Of a DNA stretch of 30,422 nt, positions 1-8,558 are shown piece by piece. A program made the translations under genes and the position numbers. Numbering within the stretch: position 1 is the first letter of the stretch; every line of letters begins with the position of its first letter. The stretch covers positions 1 to 30,422 of the IMG/VR virus record IMGVR_UViG_3300022072_000085; one strand, given 5' to 3'. This DNA is from a virus (Duplodnaviria > Caudoviricetes). Under the pieces are notes generated by a model, which was not told the DNA's origin, ran no database searches, and worked only from the letters and a program-made list of their open reading frames with translations.

Positions 1-1
1 G

Positions 2-937
2 TATAGTAATATAACAGGTAGCGATAATGTATTTATAGGACACCAAGCAGGGTATAACGAGACAGGCAGCGACAAGCTATATATAGACAATTCTAGTACC
101 TCAACGCCCTTGATAGGGGGTGATTTTGCTACGGATGAAATAACGGTAAATGGGGATTTAATCGTAAAAAGTGGGGAGGGTATTAGTCTACCAACAGCAG
201 GAAACGGAATAGGGTTTGGCTCAAGTGACCTATCCAACGAGACTTGGAAAATGGAGTGGGGAGGTAATAGGGAGTTATCTTATTATAGAAATGATACTAA
301 CAAAGTAGCTGGATGGGTAGGAGTATCTACCCAAGGCGCCCGTTTTGCAATGTATCAATTTTCTTTAAGAGGGACGGCAGACAATAACCCCGCCTATTCT
401 TTTTTACAGGATGGCGATACTGGTCTAGTTCGATATGACGCAGATGAAGTCGGGCTAGTGACGGGCGGAGTAACTAGATTAATTTGCATGGCAGACGGTG
501 ACACGGGAATAGGAACGGACGCACCAAGCGAAAAGCTAGACGTTAACGGGAACGCCCGATTTAGGTCGATAGGTTCGGGAACAAGTTCGGGGGCTTTGCA
601 CTATGAAAGTGACGGAACATTGACTACAAATACTTCTGACATAAGATTGAAAAAGAACATAACTAGAATCAAGTCTCCAATCAAAAAGGTACAACGCCTA
701 AGAGGTGTAAAGTATAGTTGGAAAGACAGCAACGATGCGAGTAGACAAATAGGATTAATTGCACAAGAGGTAGAAAAAGTAGTTCCTGAGTTAGTTTTTA
801 CTAATCCAGTTGATGGCTATAAAGGAGTACACTACGATAAAGTAGTAGCTCTATTGATAGAAGCTATGAAAGGACAGCAGATACAGATTGAAGCTTTGCA
901 AAAAGAAGTAAAAAGGTTATTAAAAAAAAGTCGTTAA
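2..937 (+). CDS. Tail fibre / tail spike, 5'-truncated by the window edge, with C-terminal Peptidase_S74 intramolecular chaperone
   Basis: The frame is open from base 2 (YSNITGSDNVFIGHQAGYNETGSDKLYIDNS...), so the track start at 110 is internal. Contains GIGTDAPSEKLDVNG, then the autocleavage motif SDIRLKKNI, LRGVKYSWK, IGLIAQEVEKVVPELV and a terminal coiled coil. Confidence 0.88.
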   Translation, partial: YSNITGSDNVFIGHQAGYNETGSDKLYIDNSSTSTPLIGGDFATDEITVNGDLIVKSGEGISLPTAGNGIGFGSSDLSNETWKMEWGGNRELSYYRNDTNKVAGWVGVSTQGARFAMYQFSLRGTADNNPAYSFLQDGDTGLVRYDADEVGLVTGGVTRLICMADGDTGIGTDAPSEKLDVNGNARFRSIGSGTSSGALHYESDGTLTTNTSDIRLKKNITRIKSPIKKVQRLRGVKYSWKDSNDASRQIGLIAQEVEKVVPELVFTNPVDGYKGVHYDKVVALLIEAMKGQQIQIEALQKEVKRLLKKSR

Positions 938-970
938 ATCATAAATCATTAAAATTAAAAACTTATAAAC

Positions 971-1624
971 ATGAAAAAGCTATTATTCTTAAATATATTC
1001 ATACTCATTTTAGTAAGTCTTAGCGCACAAAATTACGAGCTGGTAAAAGACCCCGTAGATACAACGTTATTTATTATTAGTCAAAGTGAAGATTTACAAC
1101 CAGCCGAGGACCAGGAGGCAACGGGCAAAGATTCTGCCAGAACGCTAAATAAATTATTTAGGCTAATTGGTAACGAATATTTGAATATTTCGCAATTAGA
1201 ACAGGAACTTGAAAGAGCAAAAAAGAGCCTAAAAACATTAGTGAAATTACCCGAGAAAATCAATCCAGATACTAGCTATTCAGATTTTGCAGAAGCAAAG
1301 CACCTTAACAAATGGCTTGGCGAATACAAGTTTTTTGTCGAAACAATAGATACTTTTGACGTTGTAATAGACCAGACCGCAGGGGGTAACGTCCGCATAA
1401 AGGAGGATATAACACCAGCCAACGCCGCAAGGAAATACAATATTTCTATTAACTCCGAAAGAGGGATAACTATTAAAAAACTAGACATAGGCGATATTGA
1501 ATATAAAATAAATTTGAATCAAAACCCACTTAATCCGAGGGTATTCAATTCGAGCAACTACGATGTAAAAAGCATCAATTCGAGCATATTTATACCACGT
1601 GTAAAACTACGGCGCAAAAAGTAA
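971..1624 (+). CDS. Hypothetical protein with Sec signal peptide and short coiled coil
   Basis: MKKLLFLNIFILILVSLSA|QN is a Bacteroidota-like signal peptide; A-rich leader; coiled coil ISQLEQELERAKKSLKTL. Confidence 0.7.
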   Translation: MKKLLFLNIFILILVSLSAQNYELVKDPVDTTLFIISQSEDLQPAEDQEATGKDSARTLNKLFRLIGNEYLNISQLEQELERAKKSLKTLVKLPEKINPDTSYSDFAEAKHLNKWLGEYKFFVETIDTFDVVIDQTAGGNVRIKEDITPANAARKYNISINSERGITIKKLDIGDIEYKINLNQNPLNPRVFNSSNYDVKSINSSIFIPRVKLRRKK

Positions 1625-1660
1625 AAACCTTTTATTATCTATCTACAAAATTATAAATCC

Positions 1661-1954
1661 ATGCAACAGGTTATCCAAACAATCAAAGAAAGTTGGGAGG
1701 CAATCGCCGTAATTATTACGGGTTTAGGGGGATTTGTTGGGACATACTTAAAATGGAAAAGAGACCAAAATAAATCCACTGCTATGCTTTACCAAGAGTT
1801 AGAAAGGTTAAAAAAGCTTATCATAGAGAAAGTTCCAAAGGATATACAGAATGCTCAGACAATAGCAGAGCAAAATTCTCTATTGGAACAGCTTAAAGAA
1901 CATTGTCCAGAATGCTACGAAAAAATTAAAAAGCTAAACAATGTGCAATATTAA
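1661..1954 (+). CDS. Single-TM, coiled-coil protein (holin/antiholin or spanin-like)
   Basis: N-terminal TM AIAVIITGLGGFVGTYL followed by basic residues, a coiled coil and CPEC; sits at the end of the late operon. Confidence 0.5.
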   Translation: MQQVIQTIKESWEAIAVIITGLGGFVGTYLKWKRDQNKSTAMLYQELERLKKLIIEKVPKDIQNAQTIAEQNSLLEQLKEHCPECYEKIKKLNNVQY

Positions 1955-2351
1955 AGATGCTTTAGTAATAATCTCTGACATAAATCTCATATTGAGCTTA
2001 AAATGGGATAATTTCATCTCATTTGAAAAGATTAAGTCTTGGCCTTTAGATGAGACTAGGAGTATAGAAGGAGTAGTAAACGTTAATATTCTACACAGCA
2101 ATACGCATTGTAGGTTTTTAACTATAGTTCCTCCATTGAAATCCTTTAACATTCATTGGCATGATTGTTTTAAAACATGTAATGTTTTATCAGGCACAAT
2201 GGTTGATGCAGAGAAAAATACAAAGCACAAAGTTGGAGAAACATCCAGCTACAAAGCTTTTGAGAAGCACATTCCTAGTAACCCTAGTGGTACCGACTAT
2301 TTGTACCTAATAGTGGACTTTTATTCGCGTTCTAAGGAATCCTTTTTTTAA
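1941..2351 (+). CDS. Putative cupin-fold protein
   Basis: Cupin-like motifs PPLKSFNIHWHDCFKTCNVLSG and VGETSSYKAFEKHIPSN; overlaps the upstream stop. Confidence 0.55.
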   Translation: MCNIKDALVIISDINLILSLKWDNFISFEKIKSWPLDETRSIEGVVNVNILHSNTHCRFLTIVPPLKSFNIHWHDCFKTCNVLSGTMVDAEKNTKHKVGETSSYKAFEKHIPSNPSGTDYLYLIVDFYSRSKESFF

Positions 2352-2424
2352 TTCCATGTATTCCTATGGAAAATTTAATTGGACCCCTTAGGTCTATTGT
2401 TATGTATATTAGAATTAATTATTT
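2325..2424 (+). repeat. Dispersed bipartite element, copy 1
   Basis: TCGCGTTCTAAGGAATC-C-T7-AAT, then TAGGTCTATTGTTATGTAT 64 bp from the start; homologous to 15849-15946 (+) and 20756-20842 (-). Confidence 0.85.
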
Positions 2425-2446
2425 ATTCACATTAAAATTCATAAAC

Positions 2447-2869
2447 ATGAAGTTCCTAAAGAATTTAATATTATTCACGTGCTTGAGCATATTCTCATGC
2501 ACAGCTTTTTCACAATCAGTGGCAGATAGCGAAGCACCTACTACTGAGACATCTGTTCAGATAGATGTACCAAACGGAGACGTATTCGATGGCGAAAAGC
2601 CTGATTTAGATCTAATTTTGAATTGGTACAATGGCCTTATAGCTTTATTAACAATGCTATGGGGGTTCATTGCCAAAGCTTTCAAGATAGATAAGAAAGT
2701 AAATAACTTTGTATTTGTAGTCCTAGCAGGTGGAATTGCTATTATAGCTATATTTGTATATTGGGGACTAGCCGGTGGGATAACAGCTGCTCTATCAGTT
2801 TTAACAGCTATGGGGATTTTTGACCTATTCAAAGGCGGAGTTAAACTAACAGCGAAAAAAGAATCATAG
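2447..2869 (+). CDS. Multi-pass membrane protein (holin-like), with N-terminal signal-like segment
   Basis: Likely start MKFLKNLILF at 2447 after an A-rich leader (track start 2366 lies inside the repeat element); about three C-terminal hydrophobic helices. Confidence 0.55.
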   Translation: MKFLKNLILFTCLSIFSCTAFSQSVADSEAPTTETSVQIDVPNGDVFDGEKPDLDLILNWYNGLIALLTMLWGFIAKAFKIDKKVNNFVFVVLAGGIAIIAIFVYWGLAGGITAALSVLTAMGIFDLFKGGVKLTAKKES

Positions 2870-2885
2870 TCTTCGTGTTTAATTG

Positions 2886-2930
2886 AAAATAGGCTAGTAG
2901 GTTGTGCTTCCTACTAGCCTTATTTTATTT
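2886..2930. terminator. Bidirectional intrinsic terminator between convergent operons
   Basis: 11-bp perfect stem AGGCTAGTAGG (2891-2901) / CCTACTAGCCT (2910-2920), with A-run on the left and T-rich run on the right. Confidence 0.85.
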
Positions 2931-3114
2931 AGTGTCTAGCCTCTGCGCAATCATCACAAATCAATCTATTCTCGTTCCCATCAATATAGATTAAGTGAGT
3001 ATAGATAGATTTGCTTTCTTGCCAATTGCGGTTACAATCATAACAGGTTCTAAAGCATTTTCGGTATTTAATGTTACTAAGCATATCAACGTACAGTTTG
3101 AATTGATAAATCAT
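2929..3114 (-). CDS. Small Cys-rich putative zinc-binding protein
   Basis: CYDC...CDDC pairs; ATGA overlap with the upstream gene. Confidence 0.55.
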   Translation of the reverse strand: MIYQFKLYVDMLSNIKYRKCFRTCYDCNRNWQESKSIYTHLIYIDGNENRLICDDCAEARH

Positions 3115-3374
3115 TTTTTATTAGCATAGTTATTTAAAGCTCCCATGTATGCTACAGCATCTAGGAGATTATCTTCTTTGTGACTGTGCTTCTGCCTAGA
3201 TAGCTTTAAGGCTAACATAGCCATAAACATATCTTCAGTTGTTAATTTATAGCCAGTCATAGCATTAAATATGTCTCGCATACTATCCATGCTATCTGAG
3301 AAGGATCCATACTGGCGTTTCTTCTCTTCAGACCGTTCGTTAACAATACGGTTGGCTTCTTTTAAGATATTCAT
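3111..3374 (-). CDS. DUF6378/Nmad1-like small alpha-helical phage protein
   Basis: Pattern ILKEA..IV..R...RQYG....M....LKLSR.....EDNLLDAVAY, recognised from phage nucleotide-metabolism neighbourhoods. Confidence 0.65.
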   Translation of the reverse strand: MNILKEANRIVNERSEEKKRQYGSFSDSMDSMRDIFNAMTGYKLTTEDMFMAMLALKLSRQKHSHKEDNLLDAVAYMGALNNYANKK

Positions 3375-3420
3375 TTATATAGCTTTTATGCTTCGAGTAT
3401 AAAGCATTGTCAATAAAAGA

Positions 3421-3455
3421 TAACTTTGCCATTATAGTGTACTTAGGCAAAGTTA
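3421..3455. promoter_or_regulatory. 10-bp inverted repeat, each arm containing TAACTTTG (Bacteroidota -7 consensus TAnnTTTG)
   Basis: TAACTTTGCC-N15-GGCAAAGTTA in an intergenic gap. Confidence 0.45.
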
Positions 3456-3497
3456 CGTTAAAAATTCTAAATCCTTCTTTATTATTTAGTTTAATAG

Positions 3498-3740
3498 TCA
3501 TCTTCTTAGTTTTTTAGCTAACTTGATTCTATCCTCAAGTATAGCGATGAGTAAATGGACATTATCTAGTTTATACCAATCATGTAATTTCAATATAGCA
3601 CTAAAGTAATAACCTTCTATGTCGTTAGTATTTCTCACTAACCTATAGTCTGTTTGCGTTTTTCTATTTAAGCCTTCATTCCTTAAAAACTCCCAATATG
3701 TTCTTATGTTAGGAGATAATACTGCAATAGGTTCTTTCAT
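3498..3740 (-). CDS. Hypothetical protein
   Basis: 80-aa ORF in operon orientation, 3 bp from the upstream gene. Confidence 0.6.
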   Translation of the reverse strand: MKEPIAVLSPNIRTYWEFLRNEGLNRKTQTDYRLVRNTNDIEGYYFSAILKLHDWYKLDNVHLLIAILEDRIKLAKKLRR

Positions 3741-3743
3741 GAT

Positions 3744-4160
3744 TTAATTTTTTATGTTAACTGAAATAGGTAAGAACACCTTACCTGCTGTATACTGATT
3801 GACCCACAGCTTTTTAGTTCTAAATATTTCTTTGAGTTGCTTTTTATCTAAATTAAAGATCCAAGTTACTGGATTGGTTCTATCTATACGCTCACCAAAA
3901 GCAACTCCACCTGCACTAGCGCAAGCCTCAAGTCCCATCAAGCCTATTGTAACAGGCTGTAGATCTTCATTGAAGGTTAACTGCGTAACTGTAATACCTG
4001 ACGTTTCATAGAGTTGAGCTAATTCATTATCAGTCAATTCAAAACACATGCTATATGGAACCGATATGTTGTTTCTATGCTTGAAAATATATAAACTTTC
4101 ATAGTCTTCTTGGTCTTCAGCTAATACACAGTTGTGACCCGCAAATTTAAATGACTTCAT
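3744..4160 (-). CDS. Hypothetical phage protein with an internal duplicated module
   Basis: Coupled by ATGA overlap; two similar segments CFELTDNELAQLYETSGITVTQLTFNEDLQPV and IFNLDKKQLKEIFRTKKLWVNQYTAGKVFLPI. Confidence 0.7.
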   Translation of the reverse strand: MKSFKFAGHNCVLAEDQEDYESLYIFKHRNNISVPYSMCFELTDNELAQLYETSGITVTQLTFNEDLQPVTIGLMGLEACASAGGVAFGERIDRTNPVTWIFNLDKKQLKEIFRTKKLWVNQYTAGKVFLPISVNIKN

Positions 4161-4558
4161 ATTTTAGTTAATGTTACCCCAGCTTTAATTAGAAGTTTAA
4201 CTCCTTCTGAGCTTCTATACTCTTTTCTGTATACAACTCTAATTATACCGGATTGGATTATAAGTTTAGCACATTGAATACATGGAACCACTAAGGTATA
4301 AATAGTAGCTCCTGCAGAACATCTAGTAGATTTAGCTAATTTGGTTATAGCATTAGCTTCTGCGTGTAAAACATGAGCATAGGTATTACCTTCAAAATCT
4401 TCACATGTGTTATCAAAACCTGAAGGAGTACCATTGTAACCGTCAGATATTATAGAACCGTCTTTAACTATTATAGCTCCTACTTTCAATTTCTTAGCAT
4501 AAGAATTGAGGCTCCAAATTTCAGCTATTTCCATATAGCGTTTATCTAAATTCCGCAT
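4157..4558 (-). CDS. dCMP deaminase (ComEB/DCTD family)
   Basis: KVGAIIVKD, GYNGTPSG, HAEANAI and PCIQC zinc-binding motifs. Confidence 0.93.
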   Translation of the reverse strand: MRNLDKRYMEIAEIWSLNSYAKKLKVGAIIVKDGSIISDGYNGTPSGFDNTCEDFEGNTYAHVLHAEANAITKLAKSTRCSAGATIYTLVVPCIQCAKLIIQSGIIRVVYRKEYRSSEGVKLLIKAGVTLTKI

Positions 4559-5942
4559 ACTTTTGTATTCTAGCTTTTACAGCATTAATTAATCCATCTT
4601 GTGATCTAGACTTTTTAGTTATGGCATTTCTTACATCCATGTCTATCGTCCTAACAGCTATAAGATGGTGAACTATAGTTATATCTTTTTGACCTTGCCT
4701 ATGAAGCCTAGCATTTAACTGCTGATACAGCTCAAGTGACCATGTTTGTCCGAACCATATTATAGTACTACCTCCTTTCTGGAGATTAAGACCATGGCCA
4801 CCTGAAGCTGGATGCATCATAAGAACTTGTATTTTTCCGTCATTCCAATCTTTAATGTCTTTTGTCTCTTTTAAATCTCTAGGCTTGTATTTCTTCAATC
4901 TCTCGTGTAGTCTGTACATATCATGCCTATACGTCCACGCAATAAGAATAGGCTTTCCGTTGTTCTGCTCTATGATCTCTTCTACAGCTTTTAACTTCAT
5001 GTCATGAACAGCGTGCCAATCTTTATTCTCGTCGTATACAGCTCCGTTAGCATATTGTAAAAGTTTATTGGATAGAGCAGCCGCATTAATAGCTGTTATA
5101 ACTTTATCATCTCCGTTTTCATCTTTGCCGAAGAACTCTAATACTTGCTCTTTCTCAAACTCGTCATACTTTCTCTGTGTCTCTAAATCCATTTTAACAT
5201 CTATAAAATTGTCTATTCTATCAGGTAGTTTCAAGTAGTCTTCCTTACGCATGCTTATACATATATCTTTTATCTTACTGGATATAATCTTCTCAGCTCC
5301 TTTCTTAAGTTTGTAAGAAAATATAACTTGCTGGTTACGCTTATTAGGCTCAAAATATATCCGCCTGTAATCACTTATTGTCTTTTCTAACCTTTCGCCT
5401 TTATCTAACAGGTATAGTTGGCTCCATAGGTCCAACAGACCATTTGGGGATGGGGTACCCGTCAATATAACCCGCCTAGAGAATGAACTGATTGTCTTTT
5501 TTAAAGCTTTGAACCTTATAGATTTAGGGTTTTTAAAGCTACTACTCTCATCCATTACAATCATGTCAAAAGGCAAATACAGTCCACCATATTGACTACA
5601 CAACCAAGCAATGTTATCTCTACCTATTAAGTATATATCTGATTTCTTAGTTAGAGCTTCTTTTCTCTGATTAGCTGTACCTGTGATAATAGTATAAGTA
5701 AGGTGATTTAAATGTTCCCACTCTGCTATTTCATCAGACCAAACATTCTCTGCAACTCTCTTAGGAGCTACAACTAAAACCCTAGATATATCTAACTCCT
5801 CATACATGAGTTGTTGAATTGCTGTTAGAGTTATAACAGTTTTGCCTAATCCCATGTCTAGGATCAAACCGCAACTAGGGTTATCTAAAATATGCTTGAC
5901 ATTATTTACTTGATACTCGTGCAATAATTTCTTTGACTTCAT
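4542..5942 (-). CDS. SNF2-family helicase
   Basis: LDMGLGKT (motif I), DESS (II), LTGTP (III), GHGLNLQ (V), QLNARLHRQGQ (VI). Confidence 0.93.
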   Translation of the reverse strand: MKSKKLLHEYQVNNVKHILDNPSCGLILDMGLGKTVITLTAIQQLMYEELDISRVLVVAPKRVAENVWSDEIAEWEHLNHLTYTIITGTANQRKEALTKKSDIYLIGRDNIAWLCSQYGGLYLPFDMIVMDESSSFKNPKSIRFKALKKTISSFSRRVILTGTPSPNGLLDLWSQLYLLDKGERLEKTISDYRRIYFEPNKRNQQVIFSYKLKKGAEKIISSKIKDICISMRKEDYLKLPDRIDNFIDVKMDLETQRKYDEFEKEQVLEFFGKDENGDDKVITAINAAALSNKLLQYANGAVYDENKDWHAVHDMKLKAVEEIIEQNNGKPILIAWTYRHDMYRLHERLKKYKPRDLKETKDIKDWNDGKIQVLMMHPASGGHGLNLQKGGSTIIWFGQTWSLELYQQLNARLHRQGQKDITIVHHLIAVRTIDMDVRNAITKKSRSQDGLINAVKARIQKYAEFR

Positions 5943-6204
5943 CTATGAATTTTTTTATTGTATCGTGGTTATCAATCACCCTAACATCAAATCCCATATA
6001 GCGTAGTTTCCTATGATATACGAGTTGTAGCTTTCTAGGCTTTTCACCTGGAGCTTTTACTTCCACGAATATAACTAAACCAGTAGGAAATAAGCACATT
6101 CTATCAGGTATTCCACCTTCAAATTCAGCACTAAGCTTAATGCACCTACCTCCAATTTCTTTGACTTTCTTTCTTAGGTAGCTTTCTACTCTAGATTCTA
6201 ACAA
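5902..6204 (-). CDS. VRR-NUC domain nuclease (putative Holliday junction resolvase)
   Basis: E..VE.YL...V...GG, GIPDR, FVEVKAPG and PRKLQ motifs; usual position between VirE and SNF2. Confidence 0.9.
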   Translation of the reverse strand: MLESRVESYLRKKVKEIGGRCIKLSAEFEGGIPDRMCLFPTGLVIFVEVKAPGEKPRKLQLVYHRKLRYMGFDVRVIDNHDTIKKFIDEVKEIIARVSSK

Positions 6205-8557
6205 AATAACGTTGTGTGCCGTAAAGACTAAACTTCTTTACGCTGTTAATTAATGTCCAACCTTCCATTGATTTCATAACATCATTTACGGATCTGGTTT
6301 TATATCTAGTCATCTCATTCTTTTCTTTGCATAAACACTCACACCATATTTCAGCTACACATACAATATCACGTTGAATGTCACCTTTTCTGTCTTCGTC
6401 ATCAAAGTATATTCTTCGTTCGTATAAACCTAAACTGTCCCAGTTCCTAGGTAGTTTTATATCAAGGAATTGACCTATAACTCCTTTTCTTTCGTCATAA
6501 CCACTATGGCTACTTTGCTCTATTCTAGCTATCTTGTTTCCAGCTTCATTCAAGTATAGTTTCTCACCTCTCTTGTATCTAGCAACAGCCTCAGCCCACA
6601 TTTGATCTACGGTTTTCTCGTCTAAACCAAATATGTCTTTAGAGGCTTCCCTCATATTTATGTCTATAGGCATGAAACGTCTATTACCAGTAGGATCAGT
6701 TAAAAAATCCTTATTATTAGTAGTGCCTATAAACACACATTGTCTAGGAAACGTTTCTGTAGCTCTAGCATAAGCGGGTCTGAATGTATCTTCCTGTTTG
6801 GATATGAAGTGCTTAACTGATTCGATTTCAGCTTTTCTTAAACCAGCTAATTCAGCCATTTCTATTATCCAAGCTCCTTGTAGTTGTTCAAAAGAATCTT
6901 TGCCATTAACAGTATTGAACGAATCACTAAACCAATCTTTTCCTAGTTTCTTAGCTAAGGTACTTTTACCTGTTCCTTGTTTACCAACAAGGGTTAAAAC
7001 CAGATCGAACTTACTACCAGGCTTATATATTCTAGCAACAGCTCCGACCAATGTTTTTACTATGGATTGCCTTGTGTATTCATTGTTAGAGCATCCAAAA
7101 TAGTCTACAAGCAGCATATCAATTCTTTCAACACCGTCCCAACGTATATTGTCTAGGTACTTCTTAACTGGGTGGAAAGCGTGCTTTTGAAATATAAGAG
7201 CTAGTGAATCATCTATTTTGCTACTAGACACAATACCATAGATAGACTCTATGTAGTTTCTAATACCTGCATAGTCTACATTCTTTATAGGCTCTGGTTT
7301 AGCTACTTTTCTCCATGGTACGTCTCTGTAAATGTATCTTTTGTTATCAAACTGGTTGTATTTAAACACTTCCTTCAAGTGTGGATCATTGGTGAATATA
7401 AGGTTTAGATTCGTAGCTGATGAAAGGTATCTACCTTTAGTATCTATTACTAATCTTGATAGCCATTCATCTGGTTCATCTGGTTCATCCGGGACTTCAG
7501 GTTCAACAACATCAAAATCGTATTGAGCTCTGCTTATTATATCTTTAGCTATAGTCTTCTTTACTTTAGCGTCTCTTAACACTAACTTTTCTAACTCCTT
7601 GTAGCTCTTAGCTTCTTTGCCATCTTTCCTAAGTAGATCCATAGTGCCAAACAGGTGTATTCTTGCTAAATCCCAAGCATTACATAATCTACCGCTTATA
7701 GGATCTGTACCATGAAATGAAAAGCAAAAAAGATCGTCATATACAATCAATCCACCTGCTGTAGATCCATTTATATATGTGTATCTATCTTTATCTAACC
7801 TGTTGTATTTATCTTTAAGCAATCCATCTAATACCTCCGAAACTCCATAGGTCCTACAAAAAGCACCTACTATTCCTAGTTTCTTTCTTGGGTCCTGTTG
7901 CTTGTGCCTATTGAAATCTACAGTCTTCATAAACTTCTCTGATGTAGGCCAAGAGCTAGAATCTTTCCAATCCAAATAGGTATTCAGTACATCATCAACA
8001 TTAAGAAATTCACCTTTTTGATGTTTAACATAAAACTCTACGTCTTTAGAACATGAAGGCCAAAACATTAATCTACTAGCCTGAAAGGTAGTGTTGTCAA
8101 AATATTCTATGTTTATATCACCTGCTACTCTTCTAGCTAAAGCGACATATTCATCTGGTGCGACCTCTCTATTCAAAGGCATAATAAGTCTATACCGTGG
8201 AGTCTTGGCAGAATGTGAATGAGTTGAATGCAGGATAGCTTCATTTGTGAACAACTCCTTAAACTCATGCCAAACATCTAATGTGGCATAATCTAAATCC
8301 AGAGTTAGTATTTGCCTATGCATTACATTATCTGGTTTCCGTCTTCCTCCTCTTAGAAAACCTCCAACATAGCCACCGACATCTTTTATTTGTTGCCTTT
8401 CGTCTTTGGATGCCTGACTATATTCAACTTTAGTTTCTCTTGTTCTATGAGGTTTTAGTAGCTTATCTCTTATGTAAATCCAGCTCCATCTTTTATTAGC
8501 CCACTTTTTAGATTTATACGAGCGTCCCAAGCTTATATCCATAGTGCTTTCATGCAT
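6191..8557 (-). CDS. Primase-helicase with N-terminal primase-like domain and VirE/VapE P-loop ATPase
   Basis: KDVGGYVGG, LTLDLD and HSTHSH..PRYRL at the N-terminus; Walker A GKQGTGKST, IIEMAEL and GTTN...LTDPTGNRRF. Likely start MHES at 8557, just after the polA stop. Confidence 0.9.
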   Translation of the reverse strand: MHESTMDISLGRSYKSKKWANKRWSWIYIRDKLLKPHRTRETKVEYSQASKDERQQIKDVGGYVGGFLRGGRRKPDNVMHRQILTLDLDYATLDVWHEFKELFTNEAILHSTHSHSAKTPRYRLIMPLNREVAPDEYVALARRVAGDINIEYFDNTTFQASRLMFWPSCSKDVEFYVKHQKGEFLNVDDVLNTYLDWKDSSSWPTSEKFMKTVDFNRHKQQDPRKKLGIVGAFCRTYGVSEVLDGLLKDKYNRLDKDRYTYINGSTAGGLIVYDDLFCFSFHGTDPISGRLCNAWDLARIHLFGTMDLLRKDGKEAKSYKELEKLVLRDAKVKKTIAKDIISRAQYDFDVVEPEVPDEPDEPDEWLSRLVIDTKGRYLSSATNLNLIFTNDPHLKEVFKYNQFDNKRYIYRDVPWRKVAKPEPIKNVDYAGIRNYIESIYGIVSSSKIDDSLALIFQKHAFHPVKKYLDNIRWDGVERIDMLLVDYFGCSNNEYTRQSIVKTLVGAVARIYKPGSKFDLVLTLVGKQGTGKSTLAKKLGKDWFSDSFNTVNGKDSFEQLQGAWIIEMAELAGLRKAEIESVKHFISKQEDTFRPAYARATETFPRQCVFIGTTNNKDFLTDPTGNRRFMPIDINMREASKDIFGLDEKTVDQMWAEAVARYKRGEKLYLNEAGNKIARIEQSSHSGYDERKGVIGQFLDIKLPRNWDSLGLYERRIYFDDEDRKGDIQRDIVCVAEIWCECLCKEKNEMTRYKTRSVNDVMKSMEGWTLINSVKKFSLYGTQRYFVRI

Positions 8558-8558
8558 A

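Noticed and set aside
2-937. Diversity-generating retroelement targeting the tail fibre
   Set aside because: No reverse transcriptase and no adenine-variant TR/VR repeat pair was seen.
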